53,171 nt of DNA, taken from assembly GCA_003696905.1 (NCBI GenBank), contig RFHJ01000056.1:1-53171 (forward strand), read 5' to 3'. A model generated the notes under the pieces. The model saw only the letters and a list, made by a program, of their open reading frames with translations, was not told the DNA's origin and did no database searches. Source of the stretch: Gammaproteobacteria bacterium. GTDB taxonomy: Bacteria > Pseudomonadota > Gammaproteobacteria > Chromatiales > Chromatiaceae. Positions within the stretch are counted from its first letter, which is position 1. The number at the start of each line of letters is the position of its first letter. This document shows, in pieces, positions 29,669-42,685 of the stretch. The position numbers and the translations under genes are program-made.

Positions 29669-30112
29669 ATGACGCTCAAGTCCCGTATCCAGGATGACAT
29701 GAAGACCGCCATGAAGGCGGGCGAAAAGGCACGCCTGGGCGTGATCCGGCTGATCATGGCCGCGATCAAGCAGCGGGAGGTGGACGAGCGCACCGAGCTG
29801 AACGACGAGCAGGTGCTGGCAGTATTGGACAAGATGGTCAAGCAGCGCCGCGACTCCATCAAGCAGTACAAGGACGCCGGTCGGAACGATCTGGCGGAGG
29901 CGGAGCAGGCCGAGGTGGAGATCATACAGGGCTACCTCCCGGCGGCCCTCAGCGAGGAGGAGATCGCCACCATCGTGGAGCAGGCGATCGCCGAGGTCGG
30001 CGCCGAGTCCATGAAGGACATGGGCAAGGTGATGGGTAAGGTCAAGCCCCAGGTTCAGGGACGTGCCGACATGGGCGCCGTGTCCGCTCTGGTGAAGCAG
30101 AAACTCTCCTGA
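29669..30112 (+). CDS. GatB/YqeY domain protein
   Basis: DMKTAMKA, IKQREVDER, KQRRDSI, YLPAALS, DMGKVMG, GRADM. Confidence 0.93.
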   Translation: MTLKSRIQDDMKTAMKAGEKARLGVIRLIMAAIKQREVDERTELNDEQVLAVLDKMVKQRRDSIKQYKDAGRNDLAEAEQAEVEIIQGYLPAALSEEEIATIVEQAIAEVGAESMKDMGKVMGKVKPQVQGRADMGAVSALVKQKLS

Positions 30113-30144
30113 TCTCGTTTCGCATCCCCTGCTAGTCTTTGCCC

Positions 30145-31875
30145 ATGGCCGGCAAGATTCCGCAGCAATTCGTCGACGAGCTCCTCAGTCGCACCGACAT
30201 CGTCGAACTGATCAATCAGCGCGTCCCCCTCAAGCGGGCTGGGCGCGAATACCAGGCCTGCTGCCCCTTCCACGACGAGAAGACCCCCTCTTTCACCGTC
30301 AGCCCGACCAAGCAGTTCTACCATTGCTTCGGCTGCGGGGCGCACGGCACCGCCATTGGCTTCCTCATGGAATACGACCGTCTCAGCTTTCCGGAGGCGA
30401 TCGAGGAGCTCGCTGCCCGCCAGGGAATGCAAATCCCACGCGAGATCAACTTCGAACAAGGTCCCGACCACCGCCCCCTCTACGAACTGCTGGAAAGGGT
30501 CAACGCCTACTACCGGGAGGCACTGCACGCGCACCCCGAATCGGCCCGCGCCCGGGAATACCTTCGCCAACGCGGCCTGAACGACCAGATCATCGATGAC
30601 TATCAGCTCGGCTTCGCCCCGCCCGGCTGGGACAATGTGCTCGCCCGTTTCGGCAAGGATGCGAAGACCCGGCAGCTGCTGGCCGAGGCCGGCCTGACGA
30701 CCCACAAGGAGGGATCCCAGAAGCACTACGACCGCCTGCGCGACCGCATCGTCTTTCCCATCCTCGACGGTCGCGGGCGGGTCGTCGGCTTCGGCGGCCG
30801 ACTACTGGGCGAGGGCACGCCCAAGTACCTCAACTCACCGGAAACCCCGGTCTTCCACAAGGGGCGTGAACTCTATGGCCTCTATCAGGCACGCCAGGCC
30901 TGCCGCGAGCTGGACCACCTCCTGGTGGTGGAGGGCTACATGGACGTGGTCGCATTGGCACAGTTCGGTATTCGCAACGCCGTCGCCACCCTGGGCACCG
31001 CAACCACCGGCGACCACCTGAACAAGCTCTACCGCGCCAGCAACGAGGTGGTGTTCTGCTTCGACGGCGACCGTGCCGGCAGGGAGGCGGCCTGGAAGGC
31101 CCTGGAGACCGCCCTTCCCCTGATGAAGGCCGGCCGGCAGGCACGGTTCCTGTTTCTCCCGGAGGGCGAGGATCCGGACAGCCTGGTGCGCAAGATCGGC
31201 CGGCAGGCCTTTCTCGACCAGGTGCAGACCGCACAGCCGCTCTCGGAGTTCCTGTTCGCCCGCCTGGCATCACAGACCGACACCACGAGCATCGATGGCC
31301 GGGCCCGTCTGGCCGAACTGGCCCGGCCGCTGATCGCCAAGCTGCCCGCCGGCACCTTTCGCCAGATGATGGAACAGGCGCTCGCCGAACGCGTCGGTGT
31401 CGCGGTCGACGTCCCCCCACCCGCACGCCCCGCCGCGCCGCGCCCCGGCAGACGGGTCGCCCCTCGGCACCAGGCCCCCGGCACCATGCCTCCCATCCGC
31501 CGCGCCATCGCCCTGGTGCTGCAGTATCCCTCCATCGCCCTGGGCGAACTGCCGCCGGGCTGGGAAGCGATCGAACAAAAGGGCATCGAGGTGCTGAGGA
31601 ACCTGGTCTCCCACATCCGTGCCCACCCTGAGACGCACAGCGCCGCCCTGGTGGAGGCGGTGGCCGACGAACGTCTGCGCGGACACCTGGCCCAACTGGC
31701 GGTGGCCGAACTGGCGGTGCAGGACGATGCGCCGGAACAGCTCCACGGAATTCTCTCGCGGCTACTGGAGAAACAACGCGCAGAACAACGTAATGCGCTC
31801 TTGAAATCGACCTCGCTGTCCGCCATGTCGGAAGAAGAAAAACAACGGCTTAGGGAACTCTACAGGCGCTCTTGA
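30145..31875 (+). CDS. dnaG: DNA primase
   Basis: CPFHDEKTPSF...CFGC zinc ribbon, KYLNSPET, VEGYMDV, FDGDRAG, DPD. Confidence 0.97.
   Translation: MAGKIPQQFVDELLSRTDIVELINQRVPLKRAGREYQACCPFHDEKTPSFTVSPTKQFYHCFGCGAHGTAIGFLMEYDRLSFPEAIEELAARQGMQIPREINFEQGPDHRPLYELLERVNAYYREALHAHPESARAREYLRQRGLNDQIIDDYQLGFAPPGWDNVLARFGKDAKTRQLLAEAGLTTHKEGSQKHYDRLRDRIVFPILDGRGRVVGFGGRLLGEGTPKYLNSPETPVFHKGRELYGLYQARQACRELDHLLVVEGYMDVVALAQFGIRNAVATLGTATTGDHLNKLYRASNEVVFCFDGDRAGREAAWKALETALPLMKAGRQARFLFLPEGEDPDSLVRKIGRQAFLDQVQTAQPLSEFLFARLASQTDTTSIDGRARLAELARPLIAKLPAGTFRQMMEQALAERVGVAVDVPPPARPAAPRPGRRVAPRHQAPGTMPPIRRAIALVLQYPSIALGELPPGWEAIEQKGIEVLRNLVSHIRAHPETHSAALVEAVADERLRGHLAQLAVAELAVQDDAPEQLHGILSRLLEKQRAEQRNALLKSTSLSAMSEEEKQRLRELYRRS
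31800..31828 (+). promoter_or_regulatory. Putative sigma-32 heat-shock promoter for rpoD inside the dnaG 3' end
   Basis: CTTGAAA-N14-CGCCATGT against consensus CTTGAAA-N13/17-CCCCATNT. E. coli also has an rpoD heat-shock promoter inside dnaG. Confidence 0.55.
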
Positions 31876-31899
31876 GGCCTAATGCTAGAAGGTACTCCC

Positions 31900-31928
31900 T
31901 GGCGAAAGAACACCAGACAAGCTATAAT
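31900..31928 (+). promoter_or_regulatory. Putative sigma-70 promoter of rpoD
   Basis: TGGCGA-N17-TATAAT (perfect -10, weak -35). Confidence 0.4.
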
Positions 31929-31991
31929 GCCTGATTCTCTTCTGCCCAGGCTTGTCAACGGGGCGGAATATTCAACCTCCTGAGGATTTCC

Positions 31992-33779
<1,788 letters not shown>

Positions 33780-33816
33780 GCCGCACTGCGGAACCGCATC
33801 CGCGGGCATCTCGCCA

Positions 33817-33847
33817 CCAAAGAGGCCGGCATTGCCGGCCTTTTTGG
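33817..33847 (+). terminator. Intrinsic terminator after rpoD
   Basis: CCAAAGAGGCCGGC-att-GCCGGCCTTTTTGG. Confidence 0.75.
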
Positions 33848-33893
33848 TATCATCCTCCTGCGTCGCGACCGTGCCTTTTGCTGGGAGCACCGG

Positions 33894-34305
<412 letters not shown>

Positions 34306-34491
34306 TGCACCTTCTCAGTTCGCGCTGAAACGTAACTTCAGCGCAATGTGGTCGAGCCAAAGTGCAACATGCCGTTTCCGAAGCCGGGCGCCCGATCTTC
34401 GCCGGGCTCGTCTGTCGTGGCGGATATCGCGCTTTGAGAGAGCACACTTAGTCGAATCGACACCTCGGCCAGCAGGTCTCACGTGGCCACC

Positions 34492-35268
34492 TCAAGATCT
34501 ATTGCGTCTATACGCGAGTACGCCCAACCCCAAGGAAAGCAAGGTAAACGTCGCAGGCTCTGGAATAACGCTAAGGGCAACATTCCCATAACGCATGACG
34601 GTGTAGGCACCGCTAGACCCAGAGCCAAGCCAAGCACCTCGAAGGGAGCCACTATAGGAAGAAATATCCTGCACCTCAGAGCGCGTAACATCATTGAAGA
34701 TAAGGTTGCCGTCAACCAATACGTCCATCGTGTCGTCGGCAGAACCCGGACCATTCCGATGAAAGAGCACATCGTAAAGATGATAATCATCCTGCGTATT
34801 CATACTAAAAGAGTGCGAGAAGGAAATGCTCGAATCCAGCACACCAATGACGTTGTTTCCCAAGAACAGCCCCCAGGTGCTCTCGTCATCCCTTACAATG
34901 AAAAGACCAAACGGCACTCCCCACTTCCAATAGTGCGGCTTGGAGTCCACGACACGTATCGAGCCCGAAAAACGCCAGTCCGTGTCAAGGTCAGCAGAAT
35001 CCAGGAAATAACGATAATAGTTCCCCTGCAAATAAACACTCGGGTGCGACACCTCCCAATAATCATGAGTACCGCTCGGTGTATCCTCGGTACCTCCGGA
35101 GACGCTACCGCCTGTTGCATTGAACAGCTTCCACCCCTCGGTCTTAGGGTCCGTCTTGCCCACATGGGTCGCCAAAATCGGCCCGCCATGGGCAGAAGAG
35201 GATAAATAGATGGCCAACAACAATAGAACCGACAACACACTCTTTTTCCGCGGCAAATTCCCGTTCAT
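34492..35268 (-). CDS. PEP-CTERM sorting-domain protein
   Basis: Signal peptide, beta-rich body, C-terminal VIPEPATFTLLSLGLGVLAYRRNRS; visibly lower GC than the flanks. Confidence 0.88.
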   Translation of the reverse strand: MNGNLPRKKSVLSVLLLLAIYLSSSAHGGPILATHVGKTDPKTEGWKLFNATGGSVSGGTEDTPSGTHDYWEVSHPSVYLQGNYYRYFLDSADLDTDWRFSGSIRVVDSKPHYWKWGVPFGLFIVRDDESTWGLFLGNNVIGVLDSSISFSHSFSMNTQDDYHLYDVLFHRNGPGSADDTMDVLVDGNLIFNDVTRSEVQDISSYSGSLRGAWLGSGSSGAYTVMRYGNVALSVIPEPATFTLLSLGLGVLAYRRNRS

Positions 35269-35627
35269 GGCACTACTCCCATACTGCTCCAACTCTTGGG
35301 GAATGGCTCAAGTAGGCAACACCCGCACAACTTGAAATGCAAATGCCTTTGCTCTCCAAAAACACACACGAATCCCCAACGATGAAAATGCCACTTCCAG
35401 AAGAACACCTTCCTGATCGCCCTTCTACATCCTGACATGCCATTCAAATCATAGTGTTTGCGATCAAGCGTCATAAAGCGTGAACAACCGGAAATTTCTT
35501 CGCGAAGCTGAAAGACATTGCCGCCTCGCCTATCATCCCTCGAGTGGTGAGCGCCACGGGAAAGACGAGCCATCATCGCCCCGGAGGCGCGCCAACCGCT
35601 TTACCGATCAGACCAACGGAGACCAAG

Positions 35628-36365
35628 ATGGACATATTGAGAAAAGTCTTGTTGCTGGGAGCAGCCTGCCTTCTCCCGCTCCCTTCCTTCGCGGCACAGC
35701 CGGACTCGCAGAAAGCGCTCATCTATTCGGACCTGTACTCCATCGCCCGGGGCGGACGCCTGTACGACAACTGGTTCAAGGAAAAGGGTCTAAAGCCTCC
35801 GACCCAGCCCCACCCGGCCTATCCGCCCGCAGGAAAGTTCCGCGGCAAGAAAGGGGCGGACTGGCGCTGCAAGGAGTGCCATGGATGGGACTATCTCGGT
35901 GTCGAGGGGGTCTATGGCAAGGGTAAACATCTGACCGGTTTCCCCGGCATCAGGGATGCCTATCGGATGACGCCCAAGAAGCTGGCCAAGATCCTCAGTG
36001 ACGAGTTCCACGGCTACGGACCGGGCACGCTGAGCGCTGCCGACGTCTACGATCTCGCCACTTTCGTCGCCCGCGGCACCTTCCCCATGGACCACTACAT
36101 CGATTTCGAAAAAGAGCGGGGCATGGGTAGTGTCCGCCGTGGCAGAGAGTATTACCAGACCGTCTGCGTCGGTTGCCATGGCCTCGACGGAAAAGGGGAA
36201 GAAACGCCGCCGCTCGGCAAACTGGCGAGAGAAAACCCTTGGGAGGTAATGCACAAGATTCTCAACGGTCAGCCCGGAGAGGACATGCCTGCCTTGCGCG
36301 CCTTTGGCGTACAGCCAGCAGCCGACATCGTCACCTACCTCCAGGAAGAGATGCCGGTCAAGTGA
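35628..36365 (+). CDS. Periplasmic diheme c-type cytochrome
   Basis: GGAG RBS, signal peptide, CKECH and CVGCH, C-terminal MPA ligand motif. Confidence 0.88.
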   Translation: MDILRKVLLLGAACLLPLPSFAAQPDSQKALIYSDLYSIARGGRLYDNWFKEKGLKPPTQPHPAYPPAGKFRGKKGADWRCKECHGWDYLGVEGVYGKGKHLTGFPGIRDAYRMTPKKLAKILSDEFHGYGPGTLSAADVYDLATFVARGTFPMDHYIDFEKERGMGSVRRGREYYQTVCVGCHGLDGKGEETPPLGKLARENPWEVMHKILNGQPGEDMPALRAFGVQPAADIVTYLQEEMPVK

Positions 36366-36378
36366 TCCTGCGGCGCGG

Positions 36379-38235
36379 TCAGTCGGCAGACCCTCCTCCC
36401 CTGGAGGGTTCCGACTCGCCCGCGACGAGGACATTGACCCAGGTGGGATACCAAAAGGGCTCTTCTTGAATGTGAGGCGCCGCCTCACCAAGCGCCTCCT
36501 GCGCGAGCTCAGCAATGGCCAAATCGGGCGCCTCCCGGCTCACCCGTAGCAATACCGCCGGGCTGGCCGGCAAAGCGCCATCCTGGAGAACGGGGGACTC
36601 TCCCATCCCCGGCAGCGGAGGTTTCTCGGCCTCACGCCAGCCGCGCGGGCCGTGGAATCGCTGCCACGCCTGTCGCACCAGTTCGTCGCGCCAGGCACGC
36701 AGCGTCGCATCATCGACTGCCTTGGCCAGCAGATCCAGCCCCTCGGCAAGGTAGGCATAGTCGGCCAGACTGGCCTGCCCAACCGGCTTGCCCCCCTCGG
36801 CCGCCCGCCACAGCGTATGGCCATGCCAGAGCCGCTCACGAATGCGCTGAGCCAATTGGCGCGCTGCAGCGATATATTCACTGCGACCCAGCTGGCGACC
36901 TGCGACCGCCAGGGCACCCAATAGCAGCCCATTCCACCCCGCCAGCGCCTTGGTGTCCGCGGGGAGGCCCCGCTGATCTCGTACCTCGAGCAGCCGTGTG
37001 CGAATCTTCTCGATGCGATCGGCCATTACCGAGGCGGGTACGCCCTCAGCCTTCGCGAGTGCCTCAATACTCTCCCCCATCCTTGGCAGGTAGCCTCCCT
37101 CCACCGTGGGAGCACCATCCAGCGCCCAATGCCTGCGCGCCAGGTCCGCGTCTTCCTTGCCCAACAGTTCGTCCAGTTCCTCGGGCTGCCAGAGATAGAC
37201 CGCCCCCTCCTCTCCCTTTTCGTCGACCGCCGAGAGGCTGGCGATGAAGAGCCCCTCCTTTCCCCGCATCCGTTCCAGGACGAAGTCCAGGGTCTCGGTG
37301 GCAATGGCCGCATATCGGGGCTGACTGAATCGTTCAGCCGCCGCAAGGTAGAGACGGACAAGCAATGCCTGGGTATAGAGCATCTTCTCGAAGTGCGGCA
37401 CATGCCAGGATGGGTCGACCGTATAGCGGAAGAAGCCACCCGCCAGGTGATCCCGCAGGCCTTGATCGGCCATCTGGTCGAGCGTCAGCACCAGCCATCG
37501 TTCTATCTGTCGATGGGAGCCCTTGGCACTCAACTCCAATACTGCGGTCAGCTGGGGCGTCATAGGAAATTTATTCTGTTCCCCAAAACCGCCTTCCAGG
37601 GGATCGGCGTAGGCCAGCACTTGGCGCAGGAAACGCTGTGCCAGTCGCTGCGGCGGCGCCGGATCGGGCAAGGGCCGGCTGGGGTCTGCGGTGAGTTCCA
37701 GCAGGGCCTGGCGCGCCACCTGGCGCATCTCATCGGAATTTTTCTCCCAGGCAACAGCGAGCCGGGTGACCACCTCTTTGAACCGCTCTGGTGGCAGGTA
37801 GGTGATCCCGATCAATGGATACCCTTCCGGTGTAAGGAACAGGTTCAATGGCCAGCCGGCCCTGCCCTGGGTGCGCTCCAGGTAGTCAACGAGGTAGGCG
37901 TCGAGTGCCGGATTCAACTCCCGATCCACCTTGACCGGGATGAAATGAGCATTGAGAAAGGCAGCGATCTCCGGATTCCTGTAGGTCTCCCGCTGCATGA
38001 CATGGCACCAGTAGCAGGAGAAGTAGCCACTTGAGATGAAGATCAGCCTGTTCTGCTTGCGCGCGAGATCCAGAATCTCGGGACGCCATTCCTGCCATGC
38101 CACCGGATCTCCACCGTGCATGGCCAGATAGGGAGAAGAATGACCCGCCAACTGGTTTTCCAGGCCAGATACCGGCATGGCCAGGAGCAGGGCGAACAGC
38201 AGAGAAAACCACCTCATCGCCATCTTCATCATCAT
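36379..38235 (-). CDS. Thioredoxin-domain protein, DUF255/YyaL (SPATA20-like), with signal peptide
   Basis: NQLAGHSSPYL..H, CYWCHVM, IPVKVDRE, GWPLNLFLTP, DHLAGGFFRYTVD..W.VPHFEKMLY, DTKALAGWNGL. Confidence 0.9.
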   Translation of the reverse strand: MMMKMAMRWFSLLFALLLAMPVSGLENQLAGHSSPYLAMHGGDPVAWQEWRPEILDLARKQNRLIFISSGYFSCYWCHVMQRETYRNPEIAAFLNAHFIPVKVDRELNPALDAYLVDYLERTQGRAGWPLNLFLTPEGYPLIGITYLPPERFKEVVTRLAVAWEKNSDEMRQVARQALLELTADPSRPLPDPAPPQRLAQRFLRQVLAYADPLEGGFGEQNKFPMTPQLTAVLELSAKGSHRQIERWLVLTLDQMADQGLRDHLAGGFFRYTVDPSWHVPHFEKMLYTQALLVRLYLAAAERFSQPRYAAIATETLDFVLERMRGKEGLFIASLSAVDEKGEEGAVYLWQPEELDELLGKEDADLARRHWALDGAPTVEGGYLPRMGESIEALAKAEGVPASVMADRIEKIRTRLLEVRDQRGLPADTKALAGWNGLLLGALAVAGRQLGRSEYIAAARQLAQRIRERLWHGHTLWRAAEGGKPVGQASLADYAYLAEGLDLLAKAVDDATLRAWRDELVRQAWQRFHGPRGWREAEKPPLPGMGESPVLQDGALPASPAVLLRVSREAPDLAIAELAQEALGEAAPHIQEEPFWYPTWVNVLVAGESEPSRGGGSAD

Positions 38236-38316
38236 TACGATTACACCGGATCGAGCCGGGAGTCCTATCGCGATGGGACCTCACTGTACAGCAGGGCCTC
38301 AGGTTCCGACGACGAC

Positions 38317-39438
38317 TCAGCCGTCGAGCTGATCGAGAATATTGCGGGCCACCTTGACCTGCAGTTCGTTGCCCTCGACCAGCACCTCGTACAGCAGTCG
38401 GCGCGCCTCGTCGAAACGCTCTTCCTCGCGCAGGCGCATGACCTGCTCCAGCTTCTCGTCCACCGCGTCCGGAGTAAAGGTCTCTGGCGTGGCGGGCTCT
38501 TCCTTGTCGCCACCATCTCCTGACCCAGGCTCCTCCTCGGCGACGACCTCATCGTCGTCATCGTCGTCGAGGGCATCCAGTTCCGCCTCCATCTCCTCGT
38601 CCGTCATGGGACGATAGTCATCTTCCGCCGAGGTCGCGGTGCTGTGAGCAGCAGCTGCGCCGGCCATGGCCATGGCCGGCTCATCGGATACCTCTTCGGA
38701 AGCCTCCCGTTCGGCCCGCTGCCTGACCACCAGGCGGGAGAGAAACACACCCAACTCGAAGAGCAGCCACATGGGCACGGCCAACAGGGTCTGGGAGATG
38801 ACATCGGGCGGGGTCAGCAACATCCCTACCACGAAGGCTACCACGATCACATAGGGGCGCTTGGCCGCGAGCTTCTCCGGCGTAGTGATGCCGGCCAGGA
38901 CCAGAATGATGGTGGCCACCGGCACCTGGAAGGCGATCCCGAAGGCAAAGAAAAGGGTCAGCACGAAGTCGAGATATTCGCTGATATCGGTCATCACCAG
39001 CACGCCCTCGGGCGCCGTACTGGTGAGAAAGGCGAAGACCAGGGGAAAGACGACTACATAGGCAAAGGCCGCACCGAGATAGAACAGCACGATACTGGAG
39101 GCCAGCAGGGGGAGCGCCAGTCGCTTCTCATGCTGGTAGAGCCCGGGCGCGATGAAGGACCACAACTGGTAGAGCAGATAGGGCATCGCCAAAAAGACCG
39201 CCGTGACCAGCGAGAGCTTGAAGGGGGTGAGGAAGGGAGAGGCCACCTTGGTGGCGATCATGGAGGCACCTTCCGGTAACACCTTCATCAACGGCTCGGC
39301 AACGAAGGTATAGATATCGTTGCCGAAGGGAAACAGCGCCAGCAACAGCACCAGCACCGCCAGCACCGACCGCATCAGGCGATCGCGCAGCTCCAGCAGG
39401 TGGGACATAAAGGGCTGTTCCGGCAGCTGCTCACTCAT
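38317..39438 (-). CDS. tatC: Twin-arginine translocase TatC with a long acidic C-terminal extension
   Basis: [37 protein letters not shown], then ~130 extra residues. Confidence 0.95.
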   Translation of the reverse strand: MSEQLPEQPFMSHLLELRDRLMRSVLAVLVLLLALFPFGNDIYTFVAEPLMKVLPEGASMIATKVASPFLTPFKLSLVTAVFLAMPYLLYQLWSFIAPGLYQHEKRLALPLLASSIVLFYLGAAFAYVVVFPLVFAFLTSTAPEGVLVMTDISEYLDFVLTLFFAFGIAFQVPVATIILVLAGITTPEKLAAKRPYVIVVAFVVGMLLTPPDVISQTLLAVPMWLLFELGVFLSRLVVRQRAEREASEEVSDEPAMAMAGAAAAHSTATSAEDDYRPMTDEEMEAELDALDDDDDDEVVAEEEPGSGDGGDKEEPATPETFTPDAVDEKLEQVMRLREEERFDEARRLLYEVLVEGNELQVKVARNILDQLDG

Positions 39439-39776
39439 GGCTTGCTGCCATCTTCTTCGAGCCTGTTACCGGACTTGTCAGCGTCCGCACCTTCGATCGC
39501 CTCACGGGTCTGTTCGCCAATATCGCGGAGATCCTCCCTGGTCTCCTCGATGATTTCGTGCACGGGCTTGGCGATGTTCTGCTCTTCCAGCAACCGCTTG
39601 TATTCTTCGGCCTGGATTTCGCGATCGATGTCGTCCTTGACGCTGCGCACGAAACGCCGGGCACGCCCCAGCCAGGCGCCTGCCTGACGCGCCACGGTCG
39701 GCAGCCGCTCGGGGCCGATCACGAGCAACGCCACCACACCGATCAGCAGCAGCTCGAAAAAACCGATATCGAACAT
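39435..39776 (-). CDS. tatB: Twin-arginine translocase TatB
   Basis: [26 protein letters not shown]. Confidence 0.95.
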   Translation of the reverse strand: MFDIGFFELLLIGVVALLVIGPERLPTVARQAGAWLGRARRFVRSVKDDIDREIQAEEYKRLLEEQNIAKPVHEIIEETREDLRDIGEQTREAIEGADADKSGNRLEEDGSKP

Positions 39777-39786
39777 CGTCGGCGAC

Positions 39787-40026
39787 TCAGGGCTTGGACT
39801 TGTCCTCTTCCTTCACCGCCTCACCCTCGATGACCTTCTCATCGGCCTCCAGCTTCTGCGGCTCTTCCTGTTGCTTCTTCTCCTCGTCGCTCATGGCCTT
39901 CTTGAATCCCTTGACCGCCCCGCCCAGATCACTACCGATGTTGCGTAGGCGCTTGGTACCGAACAACAACAGCACGATCACCAGAATGATCAACAGCTGC
40001 CAAATACTGATTCCACCAAATCCCAT
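39787..40026 (-). CDS. tatA: Twin-arginine translocase TatA
   Basis: [38 protein letters not shown]. Confidence 0.96.
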   Translation of the reverse strand: MGFGGISIWQLLIILVIVLLLFGTKRLRNIGSDLGGAVKGFKKAMSDEEKKQQEEPQKLEADEKVIEGEAVKEEDKSKP

Positions 40027-40112
40027 TTCCTATCTCCTCGATCATGTTGCAGCCCGTCCGTCGCCGGACGATGCCAGATGCCAATGGTTTGTAAGACAAG
40101 TCGACCCGTCTC

Positions 40113-40436
40113 CTATTCCCCATCCTTGCGGGAGGCCTTCTCCTCGAGCCCGGAAAGACCAAAGCGACGTCGCAGTTCGGCCAAGACGTCCTCCGGCCCC
40201 AGCCCCTGGTGCGCCAATAGCACCAGACTGTGAAACCAAAGGTCAGCCGTCTCGTAGACGATCTTCTCCGCCTCGCCATCCTTGGCGGCCATCACCGTCT
40301 CTGTGGCCTCTTCCCCGATCTTCTTCAGAATGGCATCCAACCCCTTGCTGTAGAGTCGGGCCACATAGGAGCTATCGGGATCGGCCTCCTTGCGCGCCTC
40401 CAACACCTCGGCCAACTCGTTCAACACATGACTCAC
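40113..40436 (-). CDS. hisE: Phosphoribosyl-ATP pyrophosphatase
   Basis: [38 protein letters not shown]; GTGA overlap with the hisF stop. Confidence 0.93.
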   Translation of the reverse strand: MSHVLNELAEVLEARKEADPDSSYVARLYSKGLDAILKKIGEEATETVMAAKDGEAEKIVYETADLWFHSLVLLAHQGLGPEDVLAELRRRFGLSGLEEKASRKDGE

Positions 40437-41191
40437 AGCCGCACCTCCACACCCTGCTCGGCCATGAAGCGCTTGGCCTCGGCAATACTGTATTCGCCAA
40501 AGTGGAAGATCGATGCCGCCAGCACCGCATCGGCGCCGCCCATCTTGATCCCATCCACCAGATGCTGCAAGTTCCCGACCCCGCCGGAGGCGATCACCGG
40601 GATGGGAACCGCCTCGGCGACCGCCCGGGTCAATTCGTTGTCGAAGCCGATCTTGGTGCCGTCGCGGTCCATGCTGGTCAGCAGGATCTCGCCGGCCCCA
40701 TAGTCGGCCATGCGGCGTGCCCATTGCACGGCATCGATGCCAGTTGGCCTGCGTCCGCCATGGGTGAAGATCTCCCAGTGGTCGTCGACCCGCTTGGCGT
40801 CGATGGCCACCACGATACACTGCGACCCGAAGCGTCCGGTCACCTCGCGCACGAACTCGGGGTTCTTGACCGCCGCCGAGTTGATCGCCACCTTGTCCGC
40901 CCCGGCATGCAGCATGGTCAGCACATCGTCTGCGGTACGGATGCCACCGCCCACGGTGAGCGGGATGAACACCTCGGAGGCGACCTGTTCGACCACGTGC
41001 ACCATGGTTGCGCGATCATCCGAAGTGGCGGTGATATCGAGAAAGGTGATCTCGTCGGCGCCCTCCTCGTTGTAACGTCTCGCCACCTCCACCGGATCAC
41101 CGGCATCACGGATGTCGACGAACCGGACGCCCTTGACCACGCGGCCAGCGTCCACGTCCAGGCAGGGAATGATGCGTTTTGCCAGGCCCAT
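40433..41191 (-). CDS. hisF: Imidazole glycerol phosphate synthase, cyclase subunit
   Basis: [39 protein letters not shown]. Confidence 0.97.
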   Translation of the reverse strand: MGLAKRIIPCLDVDAGRVVKGVRFVDIRDAGDPVEVARRYNEEGADEITFLDITATSDDRATMVHVVEQVASEVFIPLTVGGGIRTADDVLTMLHAGADKVAINSAAVKNPEFVREVTGRFGSQCIVVAIDAKRVDDHWEIFTHGGRRPTGIDAVQWARRMADYGAGEILLTSMDRDGTKIGFDNELTRAVAEAVPIPVIASGGVGNLQHLVDGIKMGGADAVLAASIFHFGEYSIAEAKRFMAEQGVEVRL

Positions 41192-41283
41192 AGTCTTTCG
41201 CCCAATTCACGGTCGAACCAAAGCAGATGCGGCAGGATTCGATCCCCGCCCCCGCTGCACGCTTCCCTCACCGCGGTAAAGAT

Positions 41284-42021
41284 TCATGTACAGAGCACGT
41301 CTGCCAGCCGCTGTCCTTCGGCAAGGTCCAGGGTACCCTCATAGATGGCCCGCCCGGTGATCGCGCCCATGATGTTGTTGGTAGGTGCGTCGCACAGGGC
41401 CCGAATGTCTTCCAGATCGGTGATGCCGCCGGAGGCGATCACCGGGATGCCGATGGCCTCGGCCAGTTCCACCGTGGCGTCCACGTTCACGCCCAGCATC
41501 ATGCCGTCGCGGCCGATGTCGGTATAGACAATCGCGGACACCCCATCGTTCTCGAACCGGCGCGCCAGATCGATCACCCGATGTTCGGTCACCTCCGCCC
41601 AGCCGTTGATAGCCACCATGCCATCCTTCGCATCGAGCCCAACGATGACATGGCCCGGAAAGGCCGCGCAGGCGCGCGCCACGAACTCGGGCTCACGAAC
41701 CGCCTGGGTGCCGATGATGCAGTAATCCACCCCCATCTCGAGGTAGGCCTCGATGGTCCGCTCGTCACGGATGCCACCGCCCACCTGGATGGGCGTATCA
41801 GGATGCGCCTTACAGATGGTCTCGATGGCCGGGCGGTTCACCGGTTCGCCTGCAAAGGCACCGTTGAGGTCCACCAGGTGCAGGCGTCGGCCACCCTCGC
41901 CCACCCAGCGATCGGCCATCTCCACCGGATTGTCGGAGAAGACCGTATCGTCCTCCATGCGCCCCTGGCGCAGGCGGACACACTTGCCGTCCTTCAGGTC
42001 GATGGCAGGAATCAGCAGCAT
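41284..42021 (-). CDS. hisA: ProFAR isomerase
   Basis: [46 protein letters not shown]. Confidence 0.97.
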   Translation of the reverse strand: MLLIPAIDLKDGKCVRLRQGRMEDDTVFSDNPVEMADRWVGEGGRRLHLVDLNGAFAGEPVNRPAIETICKAHPDTPIQVGGGIRDERTIEAYLEMGVDYCIIGTQAVREPEFVARACAAFPGHVIVGLDAKDGMVAINGWAEVTEHRVIDLARRFENDGVSAIVYTDIGRDGMMLGVNVDATVELAEAIGIPVIASGGITDLEDIRALCDAPTNNIMGAITGRAIYEGTLDLAEGQRLADVLCT

Positions 42022-42662
42022 CAGGGCCTCCACTCGACAAAATTCTTCAGCAGCCGCAGGCCGCTCTCGGCGCTCTTCTCCGGATGGAACTGGCAAGCGA
42101 AGAGGTTGTCCCGCGCAATCGCCGAGGTGAAGCGCACCCCATAATCGGTGGTCGCCACCACCAGTCCAGGATCTTCGGGCACCACCCGATAACTGTGCAC
42201 GAAATAGAATCGGGCATGATCGGGAATATCCCGCCAGAGGGGATGCTCACGGCGCTGGTCGACCTGATTCCAGCCCATGTGCGGTATCTTCAGGGGCAGA
42301 CCGTCTTCCCCTTTTGCAGTGCCGTCGAAGCGCTTCACCCTGCCGGGAAACAGCCCCAGCAGGGGAGTGCCGTCGTTCTCCTCGGAGAACTCCATGAGCA
42401 CCTGCATGCCCATGCAGATACCCAGGAAGGGCCGGCTGCGCGCGGCGTCAAGCACCGCCTGGTTCAAATGATGCTCGCCGATGGCGGCCATGCAGTCACG
42501 CGCCGCCCCCTGGCCGGGGAAGACCACCCTGTCGGCGCCGGCGATGAAGCGAGGATCATCGGTGATGCGCACCTGCGCATCGCCGGCAACATGCTCCACG
42601 GCCTTGGCCACGGAACGCAGGTTGCCCATACCGTAATCGATGACAGCGATCTTGCGGCCCAT
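42021..42662 (-). CDS. hisH: Imidazole glycerol phosphate synthase, amidotransferase subunit
   Basis: [43 protein letters not shown]. Confidence 0.97.
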   Translation of the reverse strand: MGRKIAVIDYGMGNLRSVAKAVEHVAGDAQVRITDDPRFIAGADRVVFPGQGAARDCMAAIGEHHLNQAVLDAARSRPFLGICMGMQVLMEFSEENDGTPLLGLFPGRVKRFDGTAKGEDGLPLKIPHMGWNQVDQRREHPLWRDIPDHARFYFVHSYRVVPEDPGLVVATTDYGVRFTSAIARDNLFACQFHPEKSAESGLRLLKNFVEWRP

Positions 42663-42685
42663 CTACTGCTACCTACTAGGGCGGC

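Noticed and set aside
40113-41191. Absence of hisI between hisF and hisE
   Set aside because: Split his operons with monofunctional hisE are common; hisI is probably elsewhere
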